Source: Squalus acanthias
Lineage: Eukaryota
Assembly: GCA_030390025.1 (NCBI GenBank)
Contig: CM059432.1
Coordinates: 151,840,001 to 151,904,000 of the forward strand
DNA: 64,000 bases
Direction of reading: 5' to 3'
Shown one piece after another: positions 38,560-50,883 of this stretch; position 1 is the first letter of the stretch; each line of letters starts with the position of its first letter. Position numbers and translations under genes: made by a program. The notes under the pieces were generated by a model. It ran no database searches. It was not told the DNA's origin and worked only from the letters and a program-made list of their open reading frames with translations.

Positions 38560-39689
38560 GTATCTTGCTATTGTTTATATTTTTGTTGGTTTTTTTTGCA
38601 TGCTCTGGTGATTTTAAGTTAAGCTAAGTGTTCTAATAAGTTTGTCAAATTCCTTCCTTAAAGTAGTAGACAGCCATGAGCAGCAAATGTGAATTAAATC
38701 TGTTGCTGTAAAATTTTTAAGATTTACCATGAACTTTGCAAATGTCAGAACAGGAAAGCAGCATTTGGTTCCTTTTATACAGGGAATCACCATAAGAGGA
38801 AGAGCTTCAATTTCTGTCCTTGGGACATTTCATCTTTGTCTTACTGTATTGTTTTACATTTCACAATTATCTCAAAAGACTACATTAGGGGAAAGTGCCC
38901 TGTTTATAAGTCTGTTTCTTATATCCTGGAAACATTTTAACACGTAGTGCAGATCATGCTTTTGGGGTCATTGAATGATTTATAGATGCTCCATAGTTAA
39001 CGCTGCAAAAATGACATTCCGATCAGTGAAGGCCATGTAACAACTAAGTCCATAAGTCAATTATAAAGGTTTCTCTTAAGAATGGGCTAAAATAGTATTC
39101 TGCAATTAGTTATTATGTTTGTGTCATTATCTTAAATAAAATATTTTTTTAAACAAGTATAAAAGCTACTTTAATACTCATAATATGGGGATACTTAGGC
39201 TCTACCACCTCTCTTTAGAGAGGTTTGTCTGCCATATTAAAATTCCCTTTAGTGGATGATGCAGTGTAATGATTCTCTAATGTGTCATGTATATTTGCTA
39301 ACTGAGTTTGTTTGTGCTGCTAACAGGGATGTGTCATGTAGAGGGAAGCTGCTTTCCATTAGAGAGGCAAAATAATATGTCAAGTCACCACAAACTGCTT
39401 GTGCAGATTTTAGCAATCGGCTAAAGAAACCTATCAGTAGAGGCTTGCAAACAGATTGTCCATCCACCTTCTTACTTGGGGAATAGAGCATGCTGAGATG
39501 ATCCAAAGAGTGGGGAATTTATTTTTTCCACTTTTTTCCCCTATCCCTTTTGGTAGCTCTTGCTGAGGTGTGCTGCACATGCACTGGCAGCCCAGTGGTA
39601 ACTCAGTTAAGTGGTGATTCATTTGTAAGCCTGAATAATAAGTGTTGGTAGGCAATGTGTCACAGCCATTCTTTATGCTGTGCTGTCCT

Positions 39690-40055
39690 TGACTGCATAA
39701 TCTAGGCTGCTCTCCACTATGGGAGTATTGACGGAGTCTGTAACTTTGGCCTAAGCGTCATTTGCACGAGATATTAAACTACGGCCCCATCAGCCTGTTT
39801 AGGCCAATGTTAAAAATCCCTTGGTAATATTCACACTAGAACTTCGAGTTCTCTTGATCTTCTAAGTGACATTCCTCCCTCAACCAGTACCATTGAAAAA
39901 CCCAATAACTGGTCACCTATTTCATCGCTGCCTGTAGGATGTTGCAGGCACAAGATGGTTACTGTGCTTACCTGCATAAGTCACTGCACTCCAAGTAGTC
40001 ATTCATTGCGCGAAGCCCTCTTTCACTTCGATAAAGAACTATACAAATGCAACTA
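39690..40055 (+). mobile_element. Old DeuSINE-like remnant
   Basis: Degenerate similarity to 57500-57830 (aatctaggctg..attcctccctcaacca..tatacaaatgcaa). Confidence 0.55.
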
Positions 40056-43000
40056 TTTAATTACCTTGTGTCTCATTATGTATGTTTTAAGATGGCTAAT
40101 TTGATGGCTATTTTACCCCACTCCCATAGCCTGAGGCACTGAAGCTGATAGTGATTCCCCAACCTCTACCCTGGTCAAGGTCGGTTTAGTCAGCACAAAC
40201 CAGAGGTTGAACGAGACTGTTTGCTTGTCTGTATTGGCACAGTACCATAGCATGCAATGAATTTGACCACTAAGTTATTAGAGTTGAGTTGGAAAATTGA
40301 ATTTAGAAAACACAACATAGTGGTCGAGGGGTGTGGGGAAACAGGAGGGAAAAGAAGGGAGATGTTGTGAGCAGGGAATTAGATGAATGTGGCCTTTCAG
40401 AGCACTATATTTTACGTAGTTTCGCAGCTCTTGAATAAAAACTTAACTAACGTTTTGACTATGAACTGCTTGAAATGTTTATGAAATATGCCCCTTCCCC
40501 CCCAAAAAAAAATTGCTTTCCACTTGTTCAAATCTCACACTGTTATGTTAAGAGCTCTAAATAGACAAAAGTTTCATGTCGAATTTCTGCTTAAGGCATT
40601 TTCCTTTACATTCTCTCTTCTCTTCCAAAGACACTGACTCGTGCCAGTCTGTACCTCGAGAGGCACCAGCAGCCCTCTGGTACTTTCCCCAAGTGATCAT
40701 TCTGCAGTTGTGAACTAGAATGGCAAATGTCAGCTGGCTGTTTTAGTTTGGGGCCATCACACCAGAACCCAAAGGTGTTTTCAACTGCCATCCACACGTA
40801 TATTTTTAACAGGTGTTGCTGGATAGTGATCAGCAGCGGAAACTTTTGCTGATTTCTGGTCTCTTTTTTTCCCCCCCAAACCCACAACACAAGGTGATTA
40901 CGCTAAGTATTCCCCAGCTGAGATCAACAAACTCTGCCCAGATCATTGATTAAACTCGGGATCTTCCCGATCTGTTAACTGGACAGCACATTTACCAACT
41001 GAGCCATGGGTGGAGAAACACTTAAAGGATTTATCAGTGTTTTAGCATTTTGGAACATCAACATGAGGAGTGAGGAACTTAAACTGAATCCCACACCACT
41101 AAGCTGCTGATCTCAGCTGCTATACTGAGGAGAGATACCAGTTGTAGGCCAATTATCTGGAGGTGGAGGGAATATACTGCAAGGGATTGAGGGGCACAAG
41201 TAAGATGAAAAGGAGAATCATGACTGGACTATTCTCATATACCTCCAAGTAGTTTACTGAAGACTGACATTTTACGATCTCTTGCCAGCTGCACTTACCC
41301 AGGGTTGGTGCTCAGTCCAGGGGGATCAGGGAGAATAGAGAGAAAATGAAGAGAACTATGTGTTGTCAAAAATAGAAGCCAACAGTTGTTTGAGAAGGGG
41401 GTAAGGTGGGAAGATATATGAAAGAGCACAGGAAAACCTGCAGTAGTTGCTCCTTGCTGGATCTTCCAATCATGTTTGAATTCTGCATAGTATATACTTC
41501 TTAAACTCTTCCCCCCCCCCCCCCCCCCCCACCCACTCTTGATCTGTGGCCTCTACAGTGGCAATTTCCCTTCTAACAGCAATTACTTGCCCATAGTATT
41601 GTGTACTTGGAGGCTATGTAGCATTAACGTTCTGTCTGTTCTTAATCACTTCCATATGAAAATTATTATCTCTGTCACCTGAATTATAACTGTCACACCA
41701 CATTAAACTAATGATCCATAAGCATGAATGTTGGAAAGCCATGTTGTGACAAACACTAATCATTGATCAGTATATTTTGGAAAGTTGTTCAAATGATTCA
41801 CCAAATTTCTGTTCAAATTTGCAACCATTCCATTTTTGCTGCAAAGAGCCATTCAAACCAGGCAAATATGAGCGAAATTTCATAACCTTTAGTTGCATGT
41901 TGTGTACTCTGAGATTGAAAATATCTTGAATATGTTTTAGAATTACTGATGTATTTGGGATACACATTTCTCAGTTGGCTGCTATCTCCATTACTCAACG
42001 ATGCACTGTATATTTCTTAAACCATGAGTAAACACCTGGATTCTTTGCTTGCTACTTGAGCAGCTGACTACTACTTTATTTTTTAACTTTATTTTAAGAT
42101 CATCCTTTTTTGGAGTTTGCTTGTGTTGCGTGCTACAACCTTTAGTTTGTGTAGAAAGCACCTCGACAAACATAGTTTTATGAGTTGCGGTGCGGTGGGG
42201 TGTGGGGAGAGCAAGATGTCAGTATTGCAAAGTTAGCATACTGATTTTTGATGCGTTAATTCTTTTGGTTCTAAGCCATAAAGCTTGCAGTTTAGTGACC
42301 ATTTCTCACTCCAGAATACATTTGAAAAACTGCATTTAAGTTAATTTTCTTTCACATGCATGAAATTTGAGTGGTACTTTATTTGCATTATTCAGTCAGC
42401 ATAGTTACAGACAACGTTACCAGACATTACAACCTCAAATGTACAGTACTCCTGTAAAATACACCTGAAGTTTTTTTTAAACTGTCTCGTTACAGGACTT
42501 GTACAGTATCAATGGAAGTTACTATAGACACATATATTTATTTCCTTATTTATGTGCCAATTCAAAAGGTGCATTTTGCATAATCACAGAAAAAAAAAAC
42601 AGCCGTTGATGTGCTTGTGAATTTTAGTATTTTGGGACCCTGTTATAATTCGTTGCCTCAATTTCATTCCATGCCCATTTTCTTGAGGGACTCTCTTCGT
42701 GGAGCAGCTAGAGGAGAGCGATCCTGTAATTTACTTTGCACTGCTAATGCTAGTGTTACATTATTCTCAGTGACTGCACACTGTGGTCAAGATTCTATCT
42801 GCTTTATTTTGGGAACAGGGTCTATTACTATGAAGTGGCCTGAATGTTCAAGAACTGACCAACCTCATTCCAAGTGTGTTTGACACATCTAAACATGAGA
42901 CAGTCTTGAGGCCAGGGTTGTGAAGTGAATGTCTTAACTGTTGCACGAGTTGCCAGTCCATTTTTTAATGCTTGTTGGTTTAATACCACCACGGTCCTGA

Positions 43001-43482
43001 TGTACTAAAATTCTTCTTCTACAAATTCTCATTGCTCAGTGTTTACTGCTTTTTTCGTATTTTATTTCTTGGCTTGTCTTGAATATTCTCTTTTTTTAAG
43101 AGTTTCTTTTACTGTATTATGTCCATAAATGGTTATCTGCAAGATTCTCTGCTCCTTTACTGGGGATGGGAGAAAAACTCTTGTTTATGTGTTAGTTACT
43201 TGACCCCAGCAGAATAATGTGCAGTGATACTTGGCTACAAGTGTCACCAGCTTGTGTGTCTTAATTTCACCTGCATTATATGTGAGTCAGACTTTGAGTT
43301 CTTCAGCATGCTGCTTTGGCACAACCTCTCTTGTCTTGTAGTGAACTGACCAAAGCTGTTTTTCCTCCATTTGCCATTCATTTAAACCAACTCTGTTCCT
43401 TTCCTTGTCACGGATTTCCAAAAAACAAAACACAAAAAAAAAATTTTTTTTAATCCCTTATCGTGCCTTTACACTTGTTCAG

Positions 43483-43509
43483 GATCGCAGTCAGCCAACC
43501 CAAATGGTG
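43483..43509 (+). CDS. CLASP2: CLASP2 27-nt microexon: RSQSANPNG
   Basis: acacttgttcag|gatcgcagtcagccaacccaaatggtg|gtaaga. Resembles CLASP1 RSRSANPAG at the same position. Phase 1-1. Confidence 0.85.
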
Positions 43510-43584
43510 GTAAGATTCTCTGGATTTTAGATGTGATGTCTGTGATATGCTTGTCATTTCCATGCATTCCTGCAGTTAAAAACA

Positions 43585-43616
<32 letters not shown>
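43585..43616 (+). repeat. (TG)11(TA)5 microsatellite
   Basis: Read directly, about 75 nt downstream of the 43509 donor. Confidence 0.9.
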
Positions 43617-44645
43617 CATCAAAGAAGAAATAGAATTGCAAATATTGTAAGCCTGATGTGAAAACGCACAATGCATGAAATGAGTAGCAGGTCCATCAGC
43701 ATCTTTTAGGGTGGGGGAGGGGACAAAGTGTAAGATGCACTTGTCAGATTTTAGGCCCTTTGTAAAACTGGAAGATAACTGAATTCCTTTATAGGACAGA
43801 GCAAAACAAAGAGGGGAGGGGGTACAGCAGATTGAAAGTGAAAATGACACATGAAATGAATAATGCCAATAAGGTTACAGAATTATAGGTTTTGCACACC
43901 TTCTTACAATAAAGGCCATTGATGCATGCATTCTATTTTATTTTAATCCTCTATATCTTTGTTCGCTTCATTTTGAAAATGAAGTGGTATCGAAGTCCTC
44001 TGGGAAATTGTAACCTAAGTGTTTCAATAATCTTCACTGATGTAACTTGCTTCAGATGTATTGATGTGAATTTTAGTTAAGCCATTACTTCAAGACCATC
44101 TAGTTTGTTAAATTTAAAGCCTAATGTTAAGCTAGAGGTTTAAAGTGCATTGCATTCATTTATTTTATGTAACCCAAATTGTGCATATTTTTTTCCTACT
44201 CATTATTTAAATGTTAAGGGTTGCTAACTCTGAAAGTGACATGCAACAGTCTAAAACAATTTAGCAAACTGACAATTTTACCTTTATAAAGACGGATGCA
44301 GTGAATAATTGAAGATTGTATGCAGCTACAGAAAAACAGTTTAATAAATTAGTGAGGTAACCAGTTTTGATAGTTTTTGCTTAACTGGCAGTGCTGCAAC
44401 TGCATATTAATGGTACTTGCACAACCAGGTTAGCTATCCTTAAACTGTACATTTTCATTTGTTTTGCTGGTACCTTTGGCCACGTTATCACGAGCACATG
44501 GTGACAGTTAAACAACAGTTGTATCGTAATAAAGCACGAGCATTTGAATCCATCAACTACATGAACATACATGGTTCTAGTTACTTGTCCTTTTGTCATC
44601 TGAGCAGCACAGCAATGAAATGTTTTCTGCATATTTTTATTTCAG

Positions 44646-44816
44646 CTGCCAGTCGCTCTGGTTCTCCTGGAAGAGTATTGAGTAGCACTGCACTTTCAAC
44701 TGTGAGCATTGGAGCTCAGCGGGTCATGCCCACAGGCGCTCCAGGGCAGAAACGCAGTAAGATACCACGTAGTCAAGGATGCAGCAGAGAAGCAAGCCCG
44801 TCTCGATTGACTTTAG
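44646..44816 (+). CDS. CLASP2: CLASP2 coding exon (171 nt) with first SxIP motif: ASRSGSPGRVLSSTALSTVSIGAQRVMPTGAPGQKRSKIPRSQGCSREASPSRLTL
   Basis: Acceptor atttttatttcag| and donor |gtaaga. SRSGSPGRVL..ALSTVS and KRSKIPRSQGCSREASPSRL are CLASP2-type. SKIP at 44756-44767. Confidence 0.96.
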
Positions 44817-47059
44817 GTAAGAAATTTTACCTCTTGTGTCCGTTCACTCACTTCTGCTGTACCCCAAGTTTCTGTCACCTCTTATTTCTTATCTACATGC
44901 TGCCCCTCAAAAACACTTAGCAGTTTCTATATGTTTGCTGATGGGAGCTGGCTTTTTTCCTCTTTCTGTTGATATCAGAAATGCCACTTTGCCGTCTCTC
45001 TGCCTGTCAGAAATTAAAAACTACTTCACCTCAACATTAGCAAATAATCCATGAATGCGGGTTGCATTATTTTGTCTAACGCTGGCCTGTTCTTCCATAT
45101 CTGCTTTCAGTGAAAGGGCCCATATTATAAGTGAAAAGGGAAGGGGCTGGGGGAGGGAGAGTAGTTTGTCGTGATCTAGTGATGAGACCAGTTCCAAAGG
45201 CAGTACCAAATTTGCATGCAGTTTTTGTCCATATCTTTGTTGTGGAATTTGCTGAGCAATATATTTTTTCTGCCGTTTTTAAGTCCTGCTAAATGATTGC
45301 AGTAATAGTTTTATACTTTTTGATATTGTACACATCTGTAACACATTTAATAAAGCAGACTACCTAATCATTGTGCTATATTTAACAAATCAGAATTAAA
45401 TTAGATTTAGGCTAGATTTTGTGATTGGTAAAACCAAAATGTCTTAAATGATAGCTCAATATGTATGAAGAGAACATTAGTAGTACTGTAACAGTTGCAA
45501 CTAATAGCCAAGGGGGTCTTTGAAGCTTTTTGTTTACCATATGGCAAAATCTTTAAAGTTTTAGGTGTATTTGGCTCCAGTGGCAGCAAATATGTCGCTG
45601 GACAAGCATGATTGATTTCAACTGAATAGGCATTGGGGCCGGAGACTGTATTAACACAAATTCAGGGACCCGCATTCATGGATGATTTGCTAACGTCAAA
45701 TCATTGGGAACTGCAACAAACTGGGAAAACCAAAGCTTTATTGCAGTCGTAATATGTATTTTTGGATGCTCAGTGGCAGAAATTGTCAAATTATGGCAAT
45801 CGTTTCTCCACCAGTGTCCTTTTAAAAGAAAAACTAGTGGTCAGAATTGGTTTCAAAATTAGCTGGACTATTGGCAGTAATCATAACTATAATTTATCCT
45901 TCACACTCAATTTTTTACCTACATTCTTTGTGTATTCCTTCACTATTTCTTTCATTCCTTAGTGGCACTCTGTTTTAACTATGCACTTTGACATGGGTAA
46001 AACTACTCGATGCAGTTGAGTTTTGTCACTTGCGCATGGATGGGAACTGTTAGCTTTGGGCACAACTGATGGTGATTACAGCCCTTTATTTGCTGAAAGT
46101 TCAGATTGAGAGGCAACCTAAGAGGTCAAGGATTTTTTTTGGAGAGGGTGGTGAATGTTACCAGGTATTTTTTAAGGTGTAATAGTAACCTACATACTGA
46201 ATTTCTGCCACCCTGATTACATTGTTTGGTTTTCACCTTTCCATAACCACAAACATTTTATGTAAATTGTTAGTATCACTGTATTACAGTTAATGTCGAA
46301 TAAACCTAACCTGGTGGTATTGTTACAGAGGATAAATGTTCTAATTTATATTTACTCCTCAAATCAATAGGATTCTTAAACATTGAATATTGCAGGTTTA
46401 GTCGAGGGGCTCAAATGCATCATAGTTCCGAGCTCGGTATACAGGTTGATCAGACCTTATTGAATCCTACACATCTGTTCCAACACCCACTTTTTATAAC
46501 TTTTTCTTACCCCCTCTTTGTGACAATCCACACATTCCTACATTATATGATTATACAAAAGGTAAACTACAACCCCATTCAAGCTGAATTTTAATGAGGT
46601 TCTTCCTGCGTCCCTTATCAATAATTTTAGTTTTAACGAGTTATTTTTCTGTTGACTGGTACAACGCCCCTACTTTGTTATCTTATCGATAGTTTCACTC
46701 TTGTTACATATACTTGCTATTCCTCCAAGTGAAACTTTTAATTACAAGTCTGCCTTTGATTCAGTACCATTTCGTACCAATCCCATGCTTCTAAAAAGGA
46801 TGATTTACACTCAGCATTGTTTACATAACTGTTTCCTGCACTTATCAATTTATTAAAATTCTCTGAAATATATACATCAGTGCATACTGGAATGTCTTTT
46901 AATTAAGTTTATTTAAGTGACTAAACTGACCATTACTTTAAGGTCAGTCTAAGTTCAACAGTTCAGTGGTCACTGCATCTAAATTGACTTATACTTCCTC
47001 ACTTAACAGGCAAAGGCTAAAGGTTAATATTGCTACAATATAAACAGAAATCAATAGCA

Positions 47060-48240
47060 GTACTACACTTCCTCCCACCCCGCTTCCTGTAAGGACTCTA
47101 TTCCATTCTCCCAGTTTCTCCGTCTCCGCCGCATCTGTTCTGACAATGCCACCTTCCATACTAGTGCTTCCGATATGTCTTTTTCCTCAGCCGAGGATTC
47201 CCCTCTACCGTGGTTGGCATGTCCCTCGATCGTGTCTGTTCCATTTCCCGCACCTCTGCTCTCACCCCTTCCCCTCCCTCCCAGAACCACGATAGGGTTC
47301 CCCTTGTCCTCACCTTTCACCCCACCAACCTCCACATTTAACGGATCATCCTCCACCATTTCCGCCACCTCCAGCGTGATCCCATCACCAAACACACCTT
47401 CCCCTCACCTCCCCTTTCAGCATTCCAAAGGGACCGCTCCCTCCACAACACCCTGGTCCACTCCTCAATCACCCCCAACACCCCCTCCCCTCCCCTCCCC
47501 ACCCCACGGCATCTTCCCGTGCAAGCGCAAGAGATGCAGCACCTGCCCTTTTACCTCCTCCCTTCCCACTGTCCAGGGCCCCAAACACTCCTTCCAGGTG
47601 AAACAGCGATTTACTTGTTGTACTTGCAATTTAGTATACTGTATTCGCTGCTCACGATGTGGTCTCCTCTACATTGGGGAGACCAAATGCAGATTGGGTG
47701 ACCGCTTTGCAGAACACCTCCGTTCAGTCCGTAAGGGTGACCCCGAGCTTCCGGTCACCTGTCACTTAAATTCCCTGCTCCACTCCCACTCTGACCTCTC
47801 CATTCTCGGCCTCTTACACTGTTCCAACGAAGCTCAACGTAAGCTCGAGGAATAGCACCTCATCTTTCGATGAGGCACTTTACAGCCTTCTGGACTCAAC
47901 ATCGAGTTCAACAATTTCAGACCATAACCTCTGCCCCTATTTTTTCAGGCGGCAGCTGTTGATGATTCTGCCATTTGCAACAATTAATCTCTTCTGCCTT
48001 CCACCCTATCACAGACCCTCCCTTTTGTTCTTTCCTCCCCTCCCCCCGCCCCCCCCCCCTTTCCCTGCCTCTGCACCTGGTTAAAACCTGTTACATCTCT
48101 AACTTTTTCCAGTTCTGAGGATGGGTCACAGCTTCAAACGTTAACTCTGTTTCTCTCTCCACGTATGCTGCCTGGCCTGCTGAGTGTTTCCAGCATTTTC
48201 AGATTTTGTTTTGGATTCCAGCGTCCACAGTATTTTGCTA
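47060..48240 (+). mobile_element. Penelope-like retroelement 3' part (RT thumb, GIY-YIG endonuclease, pLTR-type 3' region)
   Basis: YTSSHPASCKDSIPFSQFLRLRRICSD at about 47063. CKRKRCSTC..FTC..NLVYCIRCSRCGLLYIGET..RFAEH..H..H in ORF 47175-47855. Disrupted by frameshifts and stops. Confidence 0.92.
48111..48146 (+). ncRNA. Degenerate minimal hammerhead ribozyme of the Penelope-like element
   Basis: agtt-CTGAGGA-tgggtcacagctt-CAAAC-gtt-aact gives helix I agtt/aact, a CUGANGA core and a palindromic aacgtt stem III. The GAAA box reads CAAA, so it is probably inactive. Confidence 0.55.
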
Positions 48241-49113
48241 TTGTGCAAGATAACATTAGCGGACTTCAGGACAGTCTGATTAACCCTTTCCTTACATTAC
48301 CGTTGAAAATGTATAGGAAGATTTCTGGAAGTTGGCACAAACTTATTGTACAAATCATTTTGTTCCCAGGCTTTCCTGTGGGCAGTAAGTTTACTGCTTG
48401 ATGTTGCAAAATAATTAATTTGATAGTAACAGCTACTGCCCAAATGATATTCCTATTGGCATTAACCTTGGTGAGAATCACTGAAGGCATGATAGGGTAA
48501 ACTGAACAAGCTAGTTGTATTACTGGCCCACCTTCTGATTTCATTTATTGAATGCCAGGAGACAAGGCCAACTAGAAGGTGGTCAAAACTCTATACTGCT
48601 AATTTTTAAAAAAGATCTTTTTTGTTTCTTCGATATGCCTAGAGTCCTATCCTCAACGGGCAATATTCCAGCCATGTTTTGCAATGGCTCTTTTTTTTGG
48701 TAGGAAGGAGGGTGCAATAGTAATTTTTGTTTTTTGGAACCTGATCTCACTTCACCACTGCGGATTTTTGTTATCAGTTTACCAAAGGCATTGGTTATTT
48801 TCCAAAGCTGAGCAACAGCTAGTCAATTTCTGTATTTTAATCTGGTCATTACGACTAGTTGGTATGAAATAAGCATAATGATGAGTCGGTGAATTAACTG
48901 CTAGTGGCAACATTATTGCCCACCTGAAGGAAAATGCAGGCCATAAGTGTTTTAAAATGAGCCAAGAGGACATCACTCTACATATGTATCATCAGTTTTG
49001 AAATCTTCAGGCTACAATTTTGACAGTGGATACTTAATGATTACGAGAAGAATATTTCAGCATCTCTATTTTTAGTAATTGTGCTGCTCTATACCCATCC
49101 TGATCCCTGCTAG

Positions 49114-49221
49114 TTCGGGGCAGCCGTATCCCTCGACCAAGTGTGAGTCAGGGCTGCAGCAGGGATGCGAGCCGTGAGAGCAGCAGGGACACCAGTCCTG
49201 TTCGATCCTTTACTCCACTTG
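49114..49221 (+). CDS. CLASP2: CLASP2 coding exon (108 nt) with second SxIP motif: [36 protein letters not shown]
   Basis: Acceptor gatccctgctag| and donor |gtaagt. SRIP at 49122-49133 is followed by a GSK3-type SxxxS ladder. Phase 1-1. Confidence 0.96.
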
Positions 49222-50144
49222 GTAAGTAGAAGGAGTCCTTATTAATGCATGGCTACCCATTTCTCTTCCATTGCCATCCAGCTAGTGGTTCTGTTTGGCT
49301 GCATTGTCCTTTTCCATTTAGTATCCACTGTAGAGAACCCTCTTTTTATTCACTTCCAGTAGATTAACCTGCAACATTGAGCAGCTTAACTACTTTATGA
49401 CTATGCATCAAGATAGTTTCATTGCATTTGCTGTATGCTTTGTGGAATTTAGTATCTGCTTGTTGAAATGCAAGTTAAATGTCTTCCAGCCAAGAATTCC
49501 TCCATTATTTGTACATATTTTTTGTCAGACAACTGACAGCCTGCAATACTCATCAGTTTAATTTAACAGTCACGATACTGCAAATCTTTCCAATTTTAAA
49601 AGTATAGCATGTAAGTTTTCAATGCTGAATGTTATGAAGCAGGAAGTGGAGAAATTATAAAATGAGAAATTTTACCACTTTAATTGCATAAATCTAATCA
49701 TCGAAGAATTGACTTTTACTGGCTCCAAAAATTTGAAAGCTTGTGTATTTACAAGGAGCTTGTCAGTCTCTTGAGATTGTTGAGCAAGAACACTGCTATT
49801 CCTTCCCTTTTAGTTGATTTAAAAAAATGGAAGCACATTGATCTGTTACTACTACAGTGGCTATTGTGCAGCAGAAGGTGTTTTTTTTTTTAAAGTGCTA
49901 ATTTTTGCAAGATCATGACAAATGTATGTTCAGTTTCATGTACAAGCAACCCTAAATTGATAATTGTTACTGGTATTTGTTGTTTTTCATGTAGTGCGAA
50001 ATTGAGTCATCAAATACAATTCCTGATGAACTTATTTGCATTTACAAACCACCTGTTGACGTTTAAAACGGACATAAATCTGTTTATATGGGATAGCCGA
50101 GTTAAACCTTATCAAAATGGCTTAATGCCTTTTTTAAATGGGCA

Positions 50145-50840
50145 CATAGAATCATAGAAAGTTACAGCACGGAAGGAGGCCATTTCGGCCCATCGTGTCC
50201 GCCCGGCCGACAAAGAGCTATCCAGCCTAATCCCACTTCCCAGCTCTTGGTCCGTAGCCCTGCAGGTTACAGCATCCCAAGTGCACATCCAAGTACTTTT
50301 TAAATGTGGTTAGGGTTTCTGCCTCTACCACCCTTTCAGGCAGTGAGTTCCAGACCCCCACAACCCTCTGGGTGAAGAAATTTCCCCTCAAATCCCCTCT
50401 AAACCTTCCCCCAATTACATTAAATCTGTGCCCCCTGGTTATCGACCCCTCTGCTAAGGGAAATAGGTCCTTTCTATCCACTTTACCTAGGCCCCTCATA
50501 ATTTTTACACCTCAATAAGGTCTCCCCTCAGCCTCCTCTGTTCCAAGGAAAACAAACCCAGCCTATCCAGTCTTTCCTCATAGCTAAGATTCTCTACTCC
50601 CGGCAACATCCTTGTAAATCTCCTCTGTACCCTCTCTAGTGCAATCACATCTTTCCTGTAATGTGGTGACCAGAACTGCACGCAGTACTCTAGCTGAGGC
50701 CTAACTAGTGTTTTATACAGTTGAAGCATAACCCCCCCTGATCTTGTATTCTATGCCACGGCTAATAAAGGCAAGCATTCCGTATGCCTTCCTAACCACC
50801 TTATCTACCTGGCCTGCTACCTTCAGGGATCTGTGGACAC
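50145..50840 (-). mobile_element. 5'-truncated CR1 LINE
   Basis: [36 protein letters not shown] with a (tctatgat) tail. Same subfamily as 4495-5212, 15400-19741 and 58565-61743. Confidence 0.92.
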
Positions 50841-50883
50841 GTTTTACTTAGCATGGTAAAGTGCATCAAAATAGGCACTCTGT

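Noticed and set aside
42496..42527. Possible alternative terminal exon RLVQYQWKLL*
   Set aside because: The acceptor is plausible, but there is no nearby AATAAA and I recall no homolog. Unsupported without transcript data.
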